A stretch of DNA of 64,000 bases from Sphyrna mokarran (Eukaryota), in assembly GCA_024679065.1 (NCBI GenBank), contig JAGIQG010000005.1:67642001-67706000 (forward strand), in the 5' to 3' direction. A program made the position numbers and the translations under genes. Below, in pieces: positions 63,480-64,000 of the stretch. Under the pieces are notes generated by a model. It was not told the DNA's origin. It saw only the letters and a list, made by a program, of their open reading frames with translations, and did no database searches. Positions within the stretch are counted from its first letter, which is position 1; each line of letters begins with the position of its first letter.

Positions 63480-64000
63480 AAAATGCAGTAAGTGTAAGAC
63501 AAACCAACTTTTACGGCAGTTGTACAGAGCTTTGAGAAACTACATCTGGAGAACTTTGTAATTTTGGACTCCTTTTTAAAAAATCATATAATTGCATTAG
63601 AAGTGATTCAGGAAAGAGTCACACAACTCTTTCCTGGGATGAAAGGCTCATCTTATGATGGAAGGTTGAACCTTTACCCATTGGTGTTTAAAAGTATAAG
63701 GTGTGATCTTATGGAAACATATTAATCCTGAAGGGGATTGACAAGATGGATATGGGAAGGGGGTTTCCTCTTATGCAAGCAGCTGGATCTGAGGATAGGG
63801 TTTAAGACAGTGATGAGGAGAATTCATTTCTCTCAGGATGTTGATACTCTATGGAATTTTCTTCCCCAGAGAGAACTGGAGGTCGCACTATTGAATTCAT
63901 CATAGACTGAGTTAGATAGACAAAGGGTTATGAGGGGCTGGCAGTGAAGATGAAACCACCATCAGATCAGCCATATCATTTTATTAGTGGCACAGCAGAC
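63480..64000 (+). mobile_element. CR1 LINE 3' part, decayed
   Basis: 'ttgtacagagctttg...catctggag', 'gatcttatggaaacatatt', 'gatgaggagaattcatttctctcagg', 'atcagatcagccat'. Confidence 0.8.

Noticed and set aside
1-64000. CRISPR arrays, operons or other prokaryotic systems
   Set aside because: No regularly spaced direct repeats and no gene-dense structure. The sequence is vertebrate intron.
1-64000. Strand bias of LINE insertions relative to PTPRK
   Set aside because: CR1 fragments are roughly evenly split between strands in this small sample.

Overview
AT-rich vertebrate genomic DNA, almost certainly a shark: it carries HE1/V-SINEs, many CR1 (HER1-like) LINEs and Deu-type SINEs. The window lies inside a very large minus-strand gene. 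One 300-bp coding exon (9381-9680) encodes a fibronectin type III repeat of the receptor tyrosine phosphatase PTPRK and matches my recollection of human exon 8. Everything else is intron, heavily filled with retroelement debris (CR1, L2-like, RTE, Rex1/Babar, Penelope-like, SINEs, probable solo LTRs and MITEs). Almost all other ORFs in the track are spurious or TE-derived. The most notable signals are: (1) three distinct families of minimal type I hammerhead-ribozyme motifs, two of them in fold-back (mirror) arrangements, including a ~130-bp palindromic mini-element with a hammerhead on each strand; (2) a young CR1 inserted essentially at a hammerhead cleavage site within a multi-layer TE nest; (3) a CR1 whose 3' UTR carries a whole V-SINE; (4) an RTE insertion with twin-priming geometry; (5) a ~310-bp local inverted duplication; (6) a pre-miRNA-sized hairpin; (7) a Trp->Leu change at the conserved FN3 tryptophan of PTPRK. 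Repeat family names come from by-eye recognition without database searches, and TE boundaries are approximate unless stated.
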